Of a stretch of DNA of 64,000 bases, positions 18,369 to 28,219 are shown in pieces. Below the pieces are notes generated by a model. It did no database searches. It was not told the origin of the DNA and worked only from the letters and a program-made list of their open reading frames with translations. The stretch's first letter is position 1. Every line of letters begins with the position of its first letter. Both the position numbers and the translations under genes were made by a program. The DNA lies in the NCBI GenBank assembly GCA_965223005.1, contig CBDCVK010000010.1, forward strand, positions 1,184,001-1,248,000, in the 5' to 3' direction. The stretch is from Terriglobia bacterium (GTDB lineage: Bacteria; Acidobacteriota; Terriglobia; JAJPHL01; JAPKYU01).

Positions 18369-18425
18369 TTAGCTCCTGTCGGGGCTGACCGGCTCCTGTC
18401 GGGGGTGATTAGCCCCTGTCGGGGT
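18366..18425 (+). repeat. Intergenic tandem repeat 3 x 20 bp
   Basis: TGATTAGCTCCTGTCGGGGC / TGACCGGCTCCTGTCGGGGG / TGATTAGCCCCTGTCGGGGT. Confidence 0.9.
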
Positions 18426-18444
18426 GCATGGCCGACATGGCTTG

Positions 18445-19554
18445 ATGAACATTGCCATTTTGGGAACCCGGGGCATCCCGGCCGCCTACGGCGGATTTGA
18501 GACGTTCGCGGAAGAGCTGGCTGCTCGCTTGGCGGCGCGAGGCCACCGGGTCTGGGTCTATGGGCGGCCGCATCGGGTTGGCTTCCGACTGCCGGGGGCG
18601 ACCCAATATCGCGGCGCCCACCTGGTCCTGCTGCCTTCCATCCCTCACAAGTACCTGGAGACGGTTAGCCATACCTTTCTCTCCGTGCTGCACCTGTTGT
18701 GGCGCTTGCGTGCAGTGGATGTGGCACTGGTTTGCAACGCCGCAAACAGCGTCTTTTCGTGGCAACCCCGCCTGGTCGGCGTCAAAACGGTGCTCAACGT
18801 GGATGGCCTGGAGCGGCTGCGCCGGAAGTGGAACGTGGCGGGCCGCGCCTACTACCAGGTCTCCGAATGGCTGGCCACCTGGTTGCCCACCGCCGTGGTC
18901 ACCGATGCCCACAGCATCCAACGCTATTACCTGGACCGCTATGGAAAGACCTCGCGGTACATCCCCTATGGAGCAACCTCGCCGGGGGAAGCCGGGACCG
19001 ATCAGTTAACCCGGTTAGGACTTGAGCCGGGCAACTATCTGCTCTACGTCAGCCGGCTGGAGCCGGAAAATAACGCCTTGCTGGTGGTGCAGGCCTTCGA
19101 AAAAGTCGCGACCTCCGCGCGGCTGGCTGTGGTCGGCGACGCCCCGTATGCTGCTGACTACATCCGCCAGGTCCGCCAGACGCGCGATCCGCGCATCGTG
19201 TTCCCGGGTGCCATCTACGGCGAAGGTTACCGGCAGTTGCGCGCCCACGCCCTGTTGTACGTCCACGCCACCGAGGTCGGTGGCACGCACCCCGCGCTGC
19301 TGGAGGCGATGGCGGCCGCCCGGCCTGTGCTCTACCTCGACACGCCGGAAAACCGCGAGGTTGCGGGCGAAGCAGGCCTCCCGTTCACCCATTCACCTGA
19401 AGACCTGGTCGAGAAGATAGGCTTTCTGCTGGCGCGCCAGGACGAGCGGCAACGCCTGGGCGCGCTGGCGTGTGAGCGCGCCCGGCGCCTGTATGATTGG
19501 GAGGATGTGACGACCGCCTACGAGCAGTTGTTCCAGGAATTGCTCAATAGCTAG
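18445..19554 (+). CDS. GT4 glycosyltransferase (DUF1972-type N-terminus)
   Basis: MNIAILGTRGIPAAYGGFETF, NVDGLE, SRLEPENN, GGTHPALLEAM. Confidence 0.9.
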   Translation: MNIAILGTRGIPAAYGGFETFAEELAARLAARGHRVWVYGRPHRVGFRLPGATQYRGAHLVLLPSIPHKYLETVSHTFLSVLHLLWRLRAVDVALVCNAANSVFSWQPRLVGVKTVLNVDGLERLRRKWNVAGRAYYQVSEWLATWLPTAVVTDAHSIQRYYLDRYGKTSRYIPYGATSPGEAGTDQLTRLGLEPGNYLLYVSRLEPENNALLVVQAFEKVATSARLAVVGDAPYAADYIRQVRQTRDPRIVFPGAIYGEGYRQLRAHALLYVHATEVGGTHPALLEAMAAARPVLYLDTPENREVAGEAGLPFTHSPEDLVEKIGFLLARQDERQRLGALACERARRLYDWEDVTTAYEQLFQELLNS

Positions 19555-19724
19555 GGCAGGACCGACAAGACGAGCAAGATAAGCATTGGCCCCCAGGTCC
19601 GGCTATCTGAGGCCAATCCTGCAAGTTTCAGAAACTTGCTTTGGCTGCGATTCCGATCCCGGACTCCCTGATAGGTGAGTTCAAAGGTGGTTCCCATTAC
19701 TCCGCAGCTCGGGTACATCCCTTG

Positions 19725-20240
19725 TCAGGCATTCGTCCTATTTAAGCCTTCGACAAACCCGAAGAGCTGGGATTCGGCGTCGCGAAGCGCGCCTTCATTC
19801 CCGTGCTTCCAGTCTCGGAAGGCGTAATAGAAACCGATGTGGCGCGTGCGCGGGAAGCGCCCGAACAGAATGGCCATGGGGTTGAAGTTCACATCCGGAG
19901 CCCAGTGGCGAAACACCCGCGCTGCAAACGGTTGCGTGCGCCTCCATGTGGCGCGGTCGGACCAGTCCAAGACCACCGCGTGGTCTGTTAGCAGCGGCAG
20001 CCAGTTCGTCTCAATGTACGCCTGCCATACCGGACTGCGAGAGTAAACCAGAAGGATACGCCGGCCGCGACCGACCCAGAGTAACTCGACAACGAGCCGT
20101 AGAAGTAGCCGATATGCCAAGTAAAACGGAAGGACGACCACCACGAAAAGTAGGACGTAAAGCATAAGAGGAACTGCAAGGGCGATGAACAGAATTTTGC
20201 GGATCCTTCCCGGCTTCTTTCCCGTTGTCTGATTGCTCAC
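19725..20240 (-). CDS. Hypothetical membrane-anchored protein, antisense to the glycan locus
   Basis: 171 aa ORF filling the gap; long hydrophobic N-terminal stretch and Trp-rich globular part. Confidence 0.6.
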   Translation of the reverse strand: MSNQTTGKKPGRIRKILFIALAVPLMLYVLLFVVVVLPFYLAYRLLLRLVVELLWVGRGRRILLVYSRSPVWQAYIETNWLPLLTDHAVVLDWSDRATWRRTQPFAARVFRHWAPDVNFNPMAILFGRFPRTRHIGFYYAFRDWKHGNEGALRDAESQLFGFVEGLNRTNA

Positions 20241-20421
20241 TCGAACTACCTAGCTCCAGGTTTCTGCTGGACTGGATAAGACCGGTCGCGGTCGGCCTAC
20301 CACAAAACCACCAGACAGCGGACTGGCGCGGCAACCGCATTGTTTCTCGCAGGCTGGCTAGCCATTCTCACTTGGCCACATCCAACCCTCACACTGTACA
20401 ATCACGGAATTAGCCAATTCA

Positions 20422-21483
20422 ATGATCACAGGATCAGCCCCAGAAGTTTCCGTAGTGGTGGCGAACTGGAACCGGCGCGACCTGCTGCGTGCATGCCTGC
20501 TCTCGCTACGTGCGCAGACCTTCGGCAGCTTCGAGCTGATCGTCGTGGACAACGGCTCCGAGGACGGCTCGCCGGCCATGGTGCTGGAGGAATTCCCCGA
20601 GGTCGTGCTCATCCGCAACGCCGAGAACCGCGGCTTCTGCGCCGCCAACAACCAGGGCATCCGCCAGGCGCGCGGGCGTTACGTCGCGCTGCTGAACAAC
20701 GATGCTGAGGCCGAGCCCCGCTGGCTGGAAGAGCTGCTTAGCGGCTTGCGCGCCGGGCCGGACGTAGGTATGTGCGCCTCCAAAATTTTGTTCTACGAAG
20801 CCCGCGGTGTCATTGACAAGGTCGGCCACCTGATCTACCCGGACGGGCAGAATCGGGGGCGGGGTTGTGGGGAGCCGGATCGCGGCCAGTACGAGCGCCC
20901 CGAAGAGGTGCTGCTGCCCGATGGCTGCGCCGCCCTCTACGACCGGCGAGTGTTCGAGAGCGCCGGCCTGTTCGACGAAGACTTTTTTGCCTACGGTGAC
21001 GACGCCGAGTTGGGTTTGCGCGCGCGGCTGGCCGGCTGGCGCTGTATGTACGTGCCTACGGCGGTGGTCTACCACCATCACTCGTCCACGCTGGGCCGTT
21101 TCTCGGAGCGGCGGCTGGTGCTGGTGGAACGGAATCGGGTGTGGCTGGCGGCAAAGCTGTTTCCCTGGCGCTTGCTCCTGCTGAACCTTTTTTACACTGT
21201 CGCCCGACTGGCGGCCAACGCCATGGCCGCCGCGCGAGGCCGCGGGGAAGCGGGCCAGTTCGCTGGTGAGCGCGGCTGGTGGCTGCTGGTGCGTTGCCTG
21301 TTGCGGGCCTATTGGCAGGCGCTGGCCGGGCTGCCCGGCGTGTGGCGCAAGCGCCGCCAGGTCCGCCGCGCCCGCAAGCTCTCGGACCGCGAGTTCCTGC
21401 GGCTGCTTCGGCGCTTCCGCATAAGCGCGCGCGAACTCGCCTTCCAGGCGAGACACTTTCCCGGATCGGCGGAGGCGGCATGA
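20422..21483 (+). CDS. GT2 glycosyltransferase
   Basis: VVANWN, VVDNGSEDG, LLNND, FFAYGDDAE; TACAAT box about 20 nt upstream. Confidence 0.88.
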   Translation: MITGSAPEVSVVVANWNRRDLLRACLLSLRAQTFGSFELIVVDNGSEDGSPAMVLEEFPEVVLIRNAENRGFCAANNQGIRQARGRYVALLNNDAEAEPRWLEELLSGLRAGPDVGMCASKILFYEARGVIDKVGHLIYPDGQNRGRGCGEPDRGQYERPEEVLLPDGCAALYDRRVFESAGLFDEDFFAYGDDAELGLRARLAGWRCMYVPTAVVYHHHSSTLGRFSERRLVLVERNRVWLAAKLFPWRLLLLNLFYTVARLAANAMAAARGRGEAGQFAGERGWWLLVRCLLRAYWQALAGLPGVWRKRRQVRRARKLSDREFLRLLRRFRISARELAFQARHFPGSAEAA

Positions 21484-22427
21484 ACAAGGCCGCCTCCTGC
21501 CCCTTGTGTGGGGCCGAGCAGCCGCGCCTGCGCTACCGGTGTTCGGACCGCTTGTTTCGTACCACCAGCGAGCAATTCCATGTGGTCGAGTGCGGTGCCT
21601 GCCGTGTTCTTTACCTTTCGCCGCAGCCATCCAGCGAGGAACTGGCGCGGTACTACCCTGAGGGCTACTGGTGGGGCGCGAGCCGGCAAGGAGGCATCGC
21701 CCGGCGGCTCGAGGGCCTCTACCGCCGCACGGTGCTGCGCGACCATGTGGCCTTTGTCACCCGCGCCGTCGGGCCGCCCCCGGCGCGCATCCTCGATGTC
21801 GGCTGCGGTACCGGAGATCTGATGGCCGCGCTGCGGCAGCACGGGTATTCTTGCATGGGGATGGATCATTCTCTGGCAGCGCTGGCGGCAGCGCAGACCC
21901 AGGGCGTGCCTGCGCTGCTCGGCGACTACCATGCCGCCCCGCTGGCGCCGGAAAGCTTTGACGCGGTGACCATGTTCCACTTCCTGGAGCACGTGCCCGA
22001 CCCGGGCTGCGCGTTTCGGTTTGCTCATCGACTCCTGCGATCGTCCGGACGGCTCATTGTGCAGGTGCCCAACGCGGCAAGTTGGCAAGCCGCCGCGCTG
22101 GGAGCACGCTGGAGCGGGCTGGACGTGCCGCGACACCTGGTGGACTTCCGCCGCTGCGACCTGGAACGGTTAGTGGAGCAAACTGGATTCCGAATCGGTC
22201 GGGTAAAACACTTCTCCCTGCGGGACAATCCTGCCGCGCTGGCCACCAGCCTGGCGCCGGGCCTGGATCCGATGGGGCGGTTGGTGCGGTGCAGGGAAGG
22301 GGTAGGACAGCGGCTGGCGCTGGATCTGGCCTACTTCGCGTTGGTGCTGGCGGCCCTTCCCTGGGCCATTGCCGAGGCCGTGGTCGGGCGCGGCGCTACC
22401 ATTATGTTGGAGGCCCAGAAGTGCTAG
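21480..22427 (+). CDS. Class I SAM methyltransferase with N-terminal Zn-ribbon
   Basis: ATGA overlap; CPLC...CGAC, ILDVGCGTG, FHFLEH, VQVPN. Confidence 0.85.
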   Translation: MNKAASCPLCGAEQPRLRYRCSDRLFRTTSEQFHVVECGACRVLYLSPQPSSEELARYYPEGYWWGASRQGGIARRLEGLYRRTVLRDHVAFVTRAVGPPPARILDVGCGTGDLMAALRQHGYSCMGMDHSLAALAAAQTQGVPALLGDYHAAPLAPESFDAVTMFHFLEHVPDPGCAFRFAHRLLRSSGRLIVQVPNAASWQAAALGARWSGLDVPRHLVDFRRCDLERLVEQTGFRIGRVKHFSLRDNPAALATSLAPGLDPMGRLVRCREGVGQRLALDLAYFALVLAALPWAIAEAVVGRGATIMLEAQKC

Positions 22428-23149
22428 ACCCGCGCGTCCGTCGAGCCGCTGAGCGCCTCCTACCCCGCTTCTTGCTGCGCGCCCTGGATCCCTTTGAGAG
22501 CCGCGCCGAGGAGGCGCTGGCCGCCTTCGCGGCGTCGCTTCCGGAAAATTCCCGGGTGCTGGATGCAGGCGCCGGCCAGTGCCGCTACGCCCCTCTGTTT
22601 ACCCGCCACCGTTACCTGGCAATGGACAATGCCGTTGGAGACCCTTCCTGGGACTATTCGTGCCTCCACCTGCTTGGAGATCTGGAGCAGTTGCCGCTTG
22701 CGACGGCAGCCTTCGATGCCGCCATCAGCGTGGTCGTGCTCGAACACACACGGGAGCCGCAGCGCGTGCTGCGCGAAACAGGGCGCGTATTGCGCTCGGG
22801 CGGGCGGCTTCTGTTGGTGGTCCCCCAGGAATGGGAAGTGCACCAGGCTCCCCACGACTACTTCCGCTTCACACGCTACGGGGTGGAGTACCTGCTGGAG
22901 TGCGCGGGCTTGCGGGTGCGAAAATTGGAAGCGGTGGGCGGTTTCTTCTGGCTGATGGCCCGTCGCTCGGTGAACCTGCTCAGTTTCTTTCAGGGCGGGC
23001 TAAAGTGGCCGCTGTTCGTGCTGCTGGCACCGCTCTTCGGCTTCTTGATTCCCCTGCTGCTCTATTTCTGTGACCCGCTGGACCGCCAGCGCGACTTCAC
23101 CCTCGGCTACATCTGCGAAGCCGAGAAGGCCCCTGCCCCACCTCAGTAG
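22421..23149 (+). CDS. Class I SAM methyltransferase
   Basis: GTG at 22421 with GGAGG RBS; VLDAGAG, VVLEH, PHDYFRFT. Confidence 0.85.
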   Translation: MLDPRVRRAAERLLPRFLLRALDPFESRAEEALAAFAASLPENSRVLDAGAGQCRYAPLFTRHRYLAMDNAVGDPSWDYSCLHLLGDLEQLPLATAAFDAAISVVVLEHTREPQRVLRETGRVLRSGGRLLLVVPQEWEVHQAPHDYFRFTRYGVEYLLECAGLRVRKLEAVGGFFWLMARRSVNLLSFFQGGLKWPLFVLLAPLFGFLIPLLLYFCDPLDRQRDFTLGYICEAEKAPAPPQ

Positions 23150-23211
23150 GTCAGTGGAAGAGTCACATAGACGCGCAGTCGTGTGGGGCTGAGGTAGGGC
23201 CAGCTGTGAGT

Positions 23212-24474
23212 TCAGCGGGGCGCACCGAGAGCGGAAATCTTGAGTTGCAACTGCTGGCGCGTGCGCGGATCAGTGGTGCGAGCCAGCGCCCGCCGGTAGT
23301 GGTCCAGAGCTTCGGTGAAGTTGCGCCGGCCGGCGTAAAGGTCGCCCAGCGCCTCCAAGGCTCCCGGTAGCGCGGGGTCGGTGGAGACGGCGGCCAGCAG
23401 TTCACTCTCCGCTTCGGCCTCTCGCCCCTCCTCCAGCAACAGCGTGCCCAACTCTTCGCGGACGGCCGAATTGCGCGGATCAACCGCCAGGGCGGCGTGC
23501 AATTCCTTTTTGGCCTTCGACTTCCGGCCGCTGCGCCGGTAGAGTCGGGCCAGGTTCAGGCGCGGGGCCACCTGGCGCGGGTCGGCGCGGACTGCTTTGC
23601 GGTAGTGCTTCTCGGCTTCCTTCGGGCGCCGTCCCATTTCGTAAAGGACCGCCAGGTTGTGGTTGGTGACCGGCCCGTCGGGATCCAGCTCCTGCGCGTG
23701 CTGCAATTCCCGCTGGGCCTCGAGGGCCCGGCCGACTTGCAGGTAAAGCACTCCCAGGTTCACGTGCAGGAAAGCCAGGCTCGGCGCATACACGGTGGCG
23801 ACCACCCACTCCCGTTCGGCGGATTCATACTCGCGGAGGGCGAAGTACGCCAGGGCCAGGTTGTGGCGGACGTAGACCCACTGGGGTGTGCGCTGGATGG
23901 CCATCTGAAAATAGGGCACAGCGTCCCCAGGCCGGTGTTCCATCAAGTAGGTGATGCCCAGGCCGTTGTAGCCGTAAGCGACATCGGGATCCAGCGCAAT
24001 GGATTGCCGCAGAAGCGGCCGGGCTTCCCGCCACAGCCCCTTCGCCAGCAAGGCCCGGCCACGGCAAAACTGATAGCTCGCGCGCCATACTCCCTGCTGC
24101 GGCTCCGATTCCGCAGCCCGTTCAAAGAAGAGTGCAGCGCGGTCAAACTCCTCGGCTGTGAGATTTCCTTCCAGCAAATCGGTGGGCCCGGAGGGACGCG
24201 GGTCCCGCGTCTGCAAGTACGCGCGCAGGGTTTCCTCCCCGGCTTCGCTCAGCGCCGCCACCAACGCCTGGCGGGCGGCGTTCTTCTCCGCTTCCGGCAG
24301 GTTTGACCGTTGCAGCCGCGCGTGGATTTCCCAGGCGCTCGATCCAGCCGGCTCCAGCAGCCGTTTTTGTTCCAGGGCTCGTTCCAGCGCGGAAACCAGC
24401 CCCGACGCAGTTTGCGCAAGGGAAAAGTGCGGGAACCCTACCAACACCAGAAGCAGGGGAAGTAACCGAGCCAA
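23212..24474 (-). CDS. Exported tetratricopeptide repeat protein
   Basis: Signal peptide; multiple TPR units (YNGLGITY, HNLALAY, VNLGVLY, HNLAVLY, LNLARLY). Confidence 0.85.
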   Translation of the reverse strand: MARLLPLLLVLVGFPHFSLAQTASGLVSALERALEQKRLLEPAGSSAWEIHARLQRSNLPEAEKNAARQALVAALSEAGEETLRAYLQTRDPRPSGPTDLLEGNLTAEEFDRAALFFERAAESEPQQGVWRASYQFCRGRALLAKGLWREARPLLRQSIALDPDVAYGYNGLGITYLMEHRPGDAVPYFQMAIQRTPQWVYVRHNLALAYFALREYESAEREWVVATVYAPSLAFLHVNLGVLYLQVGRALEAQRELQHAQELDPDGPVTNHNLAVLYEMGRRPKEAEKHYRKAVRADPRQVAPRLNLARLYRRSGRKSKAKKELHAALAVDPRNSAVREELGTLLLEEGREAEAESELLAAVSTDPALPGALEALGDLYAGRRNFTEALDHYRRALARTTDPRTRQQLQLKISALGAPR

Positions 24475-24627
24475 AGCTCAGCTAGTCTAGGTCAGCACTC
24501 CGGTTGGGGCAAGCACAATGATAGAAGCGACGGCCTTGTCTTCCCTGAGGAAGGAAACGATTCGGAGCCGTCGCTAGTGAGCAGGGTGGCTGGCCACGCT
24601 ACCTAAGGTTGCGTGAAGCGGATCAAA

Positions 24628-25206
24628 TCATGGGGCGGTGGGCTGCCGCATTCCCTCCCAGCGCTTCACGATCCCTACGTCGAGACCAAACAGATCGAGC
24701 ACGCGCCCCACGGTGTGGTTGACGATGTCGTCCACCGACTGCGGGTGGTTGTAGAAGGCGGGTACCGGAGGAGCGACGATAGCGCCCATCTGGGTCACCA
24801 TCTCAAGGTTGCGGATGTGCGCCAAAGTCAACGGCGCCTCGCGCACCAGCAAGACCAGGCGTCGCCGTTCTTTCAGTGTCACATCGGCCGCCCGCGCCAG
24901 CAGGTTGTCGCAGACGCCGGTGGCCACCGAAGCCAGGGTCTTCACCGAGCAGGGCGCGATGACCATGCCCTCGGTTTGGAACGAGCCACTGGACAGCTCG
25001 GCGGCGATGTCCTGCACCGGGTAGGAGCGGTCGGCCAAGGCCCGGACGCGCTCCACCGTGTAGGAAGTCTCCCAGGCGATGGTGCGTTCGGAGGCCCGTG
25101 AAATCAGCAGGTGGGTTTCCACACTGCGCTCGCCGCGCAGCACCTCCAGCAGGCGCACCCCGTAGATGGCGCCGCTAGCCCCCGAGATTCCGACGATCAG
25201 GCGCAC
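24628..25206 (-). CDS. ubiX: Flavin prenyltransferase UbiX
   Basis: Probable GTG at 25206: RLIVGISGASGAIYG, SSGS, APCSVKTL, RAADVTLKERR, PAFY. Confidence 0.93.
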   Translation of the reverse strand: MRLIVGISGASGAIYGVRLLEVLRGERSVETHLLISRASERTIAWETSYTVERVRALADRSYPVQDIAAELSSGSFQTEGMVIAPCSVKTLASVATGVCDNLLARAADVTLKERRRLVLLVREAPLTLAHIRNLEMVTQMGAIVAPPVPAFYNHPQSVDDIVNHTVGRVLDLFGLDVGIVKRWEGMRQPTAP

Positions 25207-25410
25207 GGGCGAATTATACCGCCCCCCATATCGGATTTCGGTGTCGGATTTTGGCGTCGAGTTTCGGCATGCGTTTCGACAGGCGATGAAACGGTCTGCG
25301 GGCGCTGGACTGCCGCCCCTGTTCAAGCCTTTGTGCAGGCCTTGTTCAGGCCTCGTCCAGGATTGCGGCTCCCGGCCAGGGATGCAGCGTGCCGGTGGTA
25401 GAATCGCGGG

Positions 25411-25725
25411 GTGGCGTCGCCTGTCTTTTCCTGCTTCAAGTGCGGGGAGGTTGTGCCTCTAGGATCGGGCAGCAAGGTGGGGCGCCGGGAAGCCTGCCCT
25501 AGGTGCTCGGCCGACCTGCATTGTTGCCTGAACTGCACCTTCTACGATCCTCATGCGCACAACCAGTGCCGCGAAACGCAGGCGGAATGGGTGCGCTACA
25601 AGGAAGAGGCCAACTACTGCGACTACTTCCGGCCGCTGCTGGCGGAGGGTCGCGGGGCAGCGGGCAAAGCCAGCTCCTCCGCTGAGGAAGTCCGCAAGAA
25701 ACTCGACAACCTGTTCAAGATCTGA
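25411..25725 (+). CDS. Small Cys-rich (Zn-binding) hypothetical protein
   Basis: CFKC, CPRC, CxNC, QCRE, NYCDYF; 104 aa. Confidence 0.8.
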   Translation: MASPVFSCFKCGEVVPLGSGSKVGRREACPRCSADLHCCLNCTFYDPHAHNQCRETQAEWVRYKEEANYCDYFRPLLAEGRGAAGKASSSAEEVRKKLDNLFKI

Positions 25726-25743
25726 GTTCGTAGGCCGTGTAAG

Positions 25744-26472
25744 ATGTCCTTTATGGATACGCAGCCGCGTCTTGTCCGTCGCTTCCTCAGCCTGGGGGTG
25801 GCGGTTGTGCTGTTGGGCGCGGCGGGCTGGGCGCAGTCGTTAGGTGAGGTAGCACGTCGCAACCGCGCCGAGAAAAGAACCCGGCCCAAAGCCACTCGCG
25901 TCTATACCAACGAGGATCTGCCCGGCGGCGGCGGCCTGAGTACCACCGGCACGGAAGCGAAAAGTCAGGTTCAGCAGGCCGAGACGGTCGAGGCGAAGCC
26001 AGGCGAGTCGTTGGCGCCCTTCGTCCCTTCGCCACAAATGTTGGTCGATCGGATGCTTCAGCTAGCCGAAGTCGGGCCCAGGGATACCGTCTATGACATG
26101 GGTTCCGGCGACGGCCGCATTCCCATCACGGCCGCGCGGAAATTCGGCGCCAATGCAGTCGGCGTGGAGCTGGACGAAAGCTTGTCCAAGCAGAGCCAGG
26201 CCCGCGTTAACCAGCTGAACCTTCAGGACAAGGTGACGATCATTCAGGGCGACATGCTGCAGGTGGATTTGAGCCCGGCCACCGTGGTTACCCTCTACCT
26301 GCTGACCAGCGCCAACGATAAACTGCGGCCGAGAATGGAGAAGTACTTGAGGAAAGGCGCTCGGGTCGTTTGCCACGACTTTGAAGTGCCTGGCTGGGAG
26401 CCGGACCAAGTCCAAAACGTGATTGAGGACGAGAACAGCCGCCGGCATGTGCTCTACCTCTACCGGCGGTAG
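25744..26472 (+). CDS. Exported SAM-dependent methyltransferase (start 25744 or 25753)
   Basis: Signal peptide + QSLGEVAR..VYTNEDL linker; APFVPSP, YDMGSGDGR, VVTLYLL, RVVCHDF. Confidence 0.85.
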   Translation: MSFMDTQPRLVRRFLSLGVAVVLLGAAGWAQSLGEVARRNRAEKRTRPKATRVYTNEDLPGGGGLSTTGTEAKSQVQQAETVEAKPGESLAPFVPSPQMLVDRMLQLAEVGPRDTVYDMGSGDGRIPITAARKFGANAVGVELDESLSKQSQARVNQLNLQDKVTIIQGDMLQVDLSPATVVTLYLLTSANDKLRPRMEKYLRKGARVVCHDFEVPGWEPDQVQNVIEDENSRRHVLYLYRR

Positions 26473-26616
26473 CAGGTTTCGGACGATCACTTACCGAGCG
26501 TCTCTGTCGGATCAATCCGCAGCCAGAACAGCGCGCCCACCAAGTACGTCGCTGTGGCCACCCTAATCTGCCACAGGAGGGGACGGACTGCCCAACTTTC
26601 GTGCTACGGTGAGGCG

Positions 26617-26928
26617 ATGCAGGCAACCATTCCGGTGCTGGGATGTCCTAGCTGTGGCTCTCAGGCCGTGATCTATAGCTGCGAGCCTAAGTGTTGCTTC
26701 AATCACATTTGCAGTGATTGTCACACGAGCTTCGAACTGGAGACGTCTGACACAGGGCGAGAGCTGGCCGGACTGGAGCCGCCGGAACGCGCCCTGGAGG
26801 CTTGCGATCCCACCACCGAATGCGCCCGTTGCCACAGCCTCACCGTCTACCAGGTGGGCGACGGCTGCGTGTGCCTGACCTGCTCAGCGTTGCTGGAATT
26901 ACGTTATACGGAAATCTCCCCCGCCTAG
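26617..26928 (+). CDS. Cys-rich double Zn-ribbon-like hypothetical protein
   Basis: 13 Cys in 103 aa including CPSC, CSDC, CARC, CLTC. Confidence 0.7.
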   Translation: MQATIPVLGCPSCGSQAVIYSCEPKCCFNHICSDCHTSFELETSDTGRELAGLEPPERALEACDPTTECARCHSLTVYQVGDGCVCLTCSALLELRYTEISPA

Positions 26929-27017
26929 TCCAAAACCGGACGTGGAGTTTGACTTCTTGCGCAGGGCAGGGTTATTTTGCTGCCACCCCGGATGAGCAGT
27001 ACCACGGGAGCAGCCTA

Positions 27018-27365
27018 TTGCAAACGGAACTGGAGCGTCACGCAGGGACTTTTCTTTTGCGATTGAAAGGCGACTTGCGCCTGTGGGGTAAACCGGACCG
27101 AGGAGAGAACATCGTGAAGGCGTTCCGCTCCGTTTTGGAGGACCCGCCGGGCCGACTCGTGCTGAGCCTAACCGGTGTGGACCACCTGGATACCCTCGGC
27201 ATCTCTTCTCTGGTCAAAATTCTGATCGACTGCTCCAAGCACCAGATTGAACTGCGGTTGGTCATGCCAACGGGATTGGCGGGGGAAGCGGTGCGGCGAG
27301 TGCATATCTTCGAGCCCTCGCTCGTGTTCCCCGACGAACAGTCGGCCTTGCAGGAGGGAGATTAA
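27018..27365 (+). CDS. STAS-domain anti-sigma-factor antagonist
   Basis: LRLKGDL...LVLSLTGVDHLDTLGISSLV motif; GGGAG RBS before TTG at 27018. Confidence 0.75.
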   Translation: MQTELERHAGTFLLRLKGDLRLWGKPDRGENIVKAFRSVLEDPPGRLVLSLTGVDHLDTLGISSLVKILIDCSKHQIELRLVMPTGLAGEAVRRVHIFEPSLVFPDEQSALQEGD

Positions 27366-27442
27366 CAAACAGGTATAAGCAGGATATAGGCAGGGTATAG
27401 GCCAGAGGAGAGGGAAGCGACGACGGGTAGATATCTTACGTC

Positions 27443-28219
27443 CTACCGCAAAACACCCTCCAGAGGACTGCTGGCGGAGGCATAGAGACGCCGCGGCATG
27501 CGCCCTGCCGAGTAAGCCAGCCGGCCCGCCTCGACGGCCAGCTTCATTGCATGAGCCATCACTTCTGGCTCCTGGGCCAGGGCCACACCGCTGTTCATCA
27601 GAACGGCGTCGGCTCCCAGTTCCATGGCCACGGCAGCGTCGGAGGCCGTGCCCACGCCGGCGTCCACGATCAGCGGCACTTCGGTAATCATCTCGCGCAG
27701 AATGCGGAGGTTGGAAACGTTCTGGATCCCCATGCCGGAGCCGATGGGTGCTCCCAAGGGCATTACAGCAGCGGCTCCGGCGTCAATCAACCGCCGTGCT
27801 GCCACCAGGTCGTCGTTGGTATAGGGCAGCGCGACGAAGCCTTCCTTCACCAACACGCGGGTGGCTTCCAGTAGACCAAAATTGTCGGGGAACAGGGTCT
27901 TTTCATCGCCAATCACTTCCAGCTTGATCCAGTGCGAGAGGCCCACTTCCCGTGCCAGGCGGGCGGTCCGGATGGCCTCGTCGGCGGTGTAGCAGCCTGC
28001 CGTGTTCGGCAAGATGAAGTACTTCTTGGGATCGATGTAGTCCAGCAAGGACTCGCGAGAGCGGTCGGTCAGGTTCACCCGGCGAATCGCTACAGTGACC
28101 ATTTCGGCGCCGGTGGCTTCCAGGCAGCGAGCCATCTGGTGGAAGCTGGCGTACTTGCCCGAGCCGATGATGAGCCGCGAACGGAACTGGCGGTCGGCGA
28201 TCTTCAGTGCCATATCCAT
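27443..28219 (-). CDS. thiG: Thiazole synthase ThiG
   Basis: [50 protein letters not shown]. Confidence 0.97.
   Translation of the reverse strand: MDMALKIADRQFRSRLIIGSGKYASFHQMARCLEATGAEMVTVAIRRVNLTDRSRESLLDYIDPKKYFILPNTAGCYTADEAIRTARLAREVGLSHWIKLEVIGDEKTLFPDNFGLLEATRVLVKEGFVALPYTNDDLVAARRLIDAGAAAVMPLGAPIGSGMGIQNVSNLRILREMITEVPLIVDAGVGTASDAAVAMELGADAVLMNSGVALAQEPEVMAHAMKLAVEAGRLAYSAGRMPRRLYASASSPLEGVLR

Noticed and set aside
18366-18425. Possible mini-CRISPR array
   Set aside because: The units are directly adjacent with no spacers, and there are no cas genes in the window
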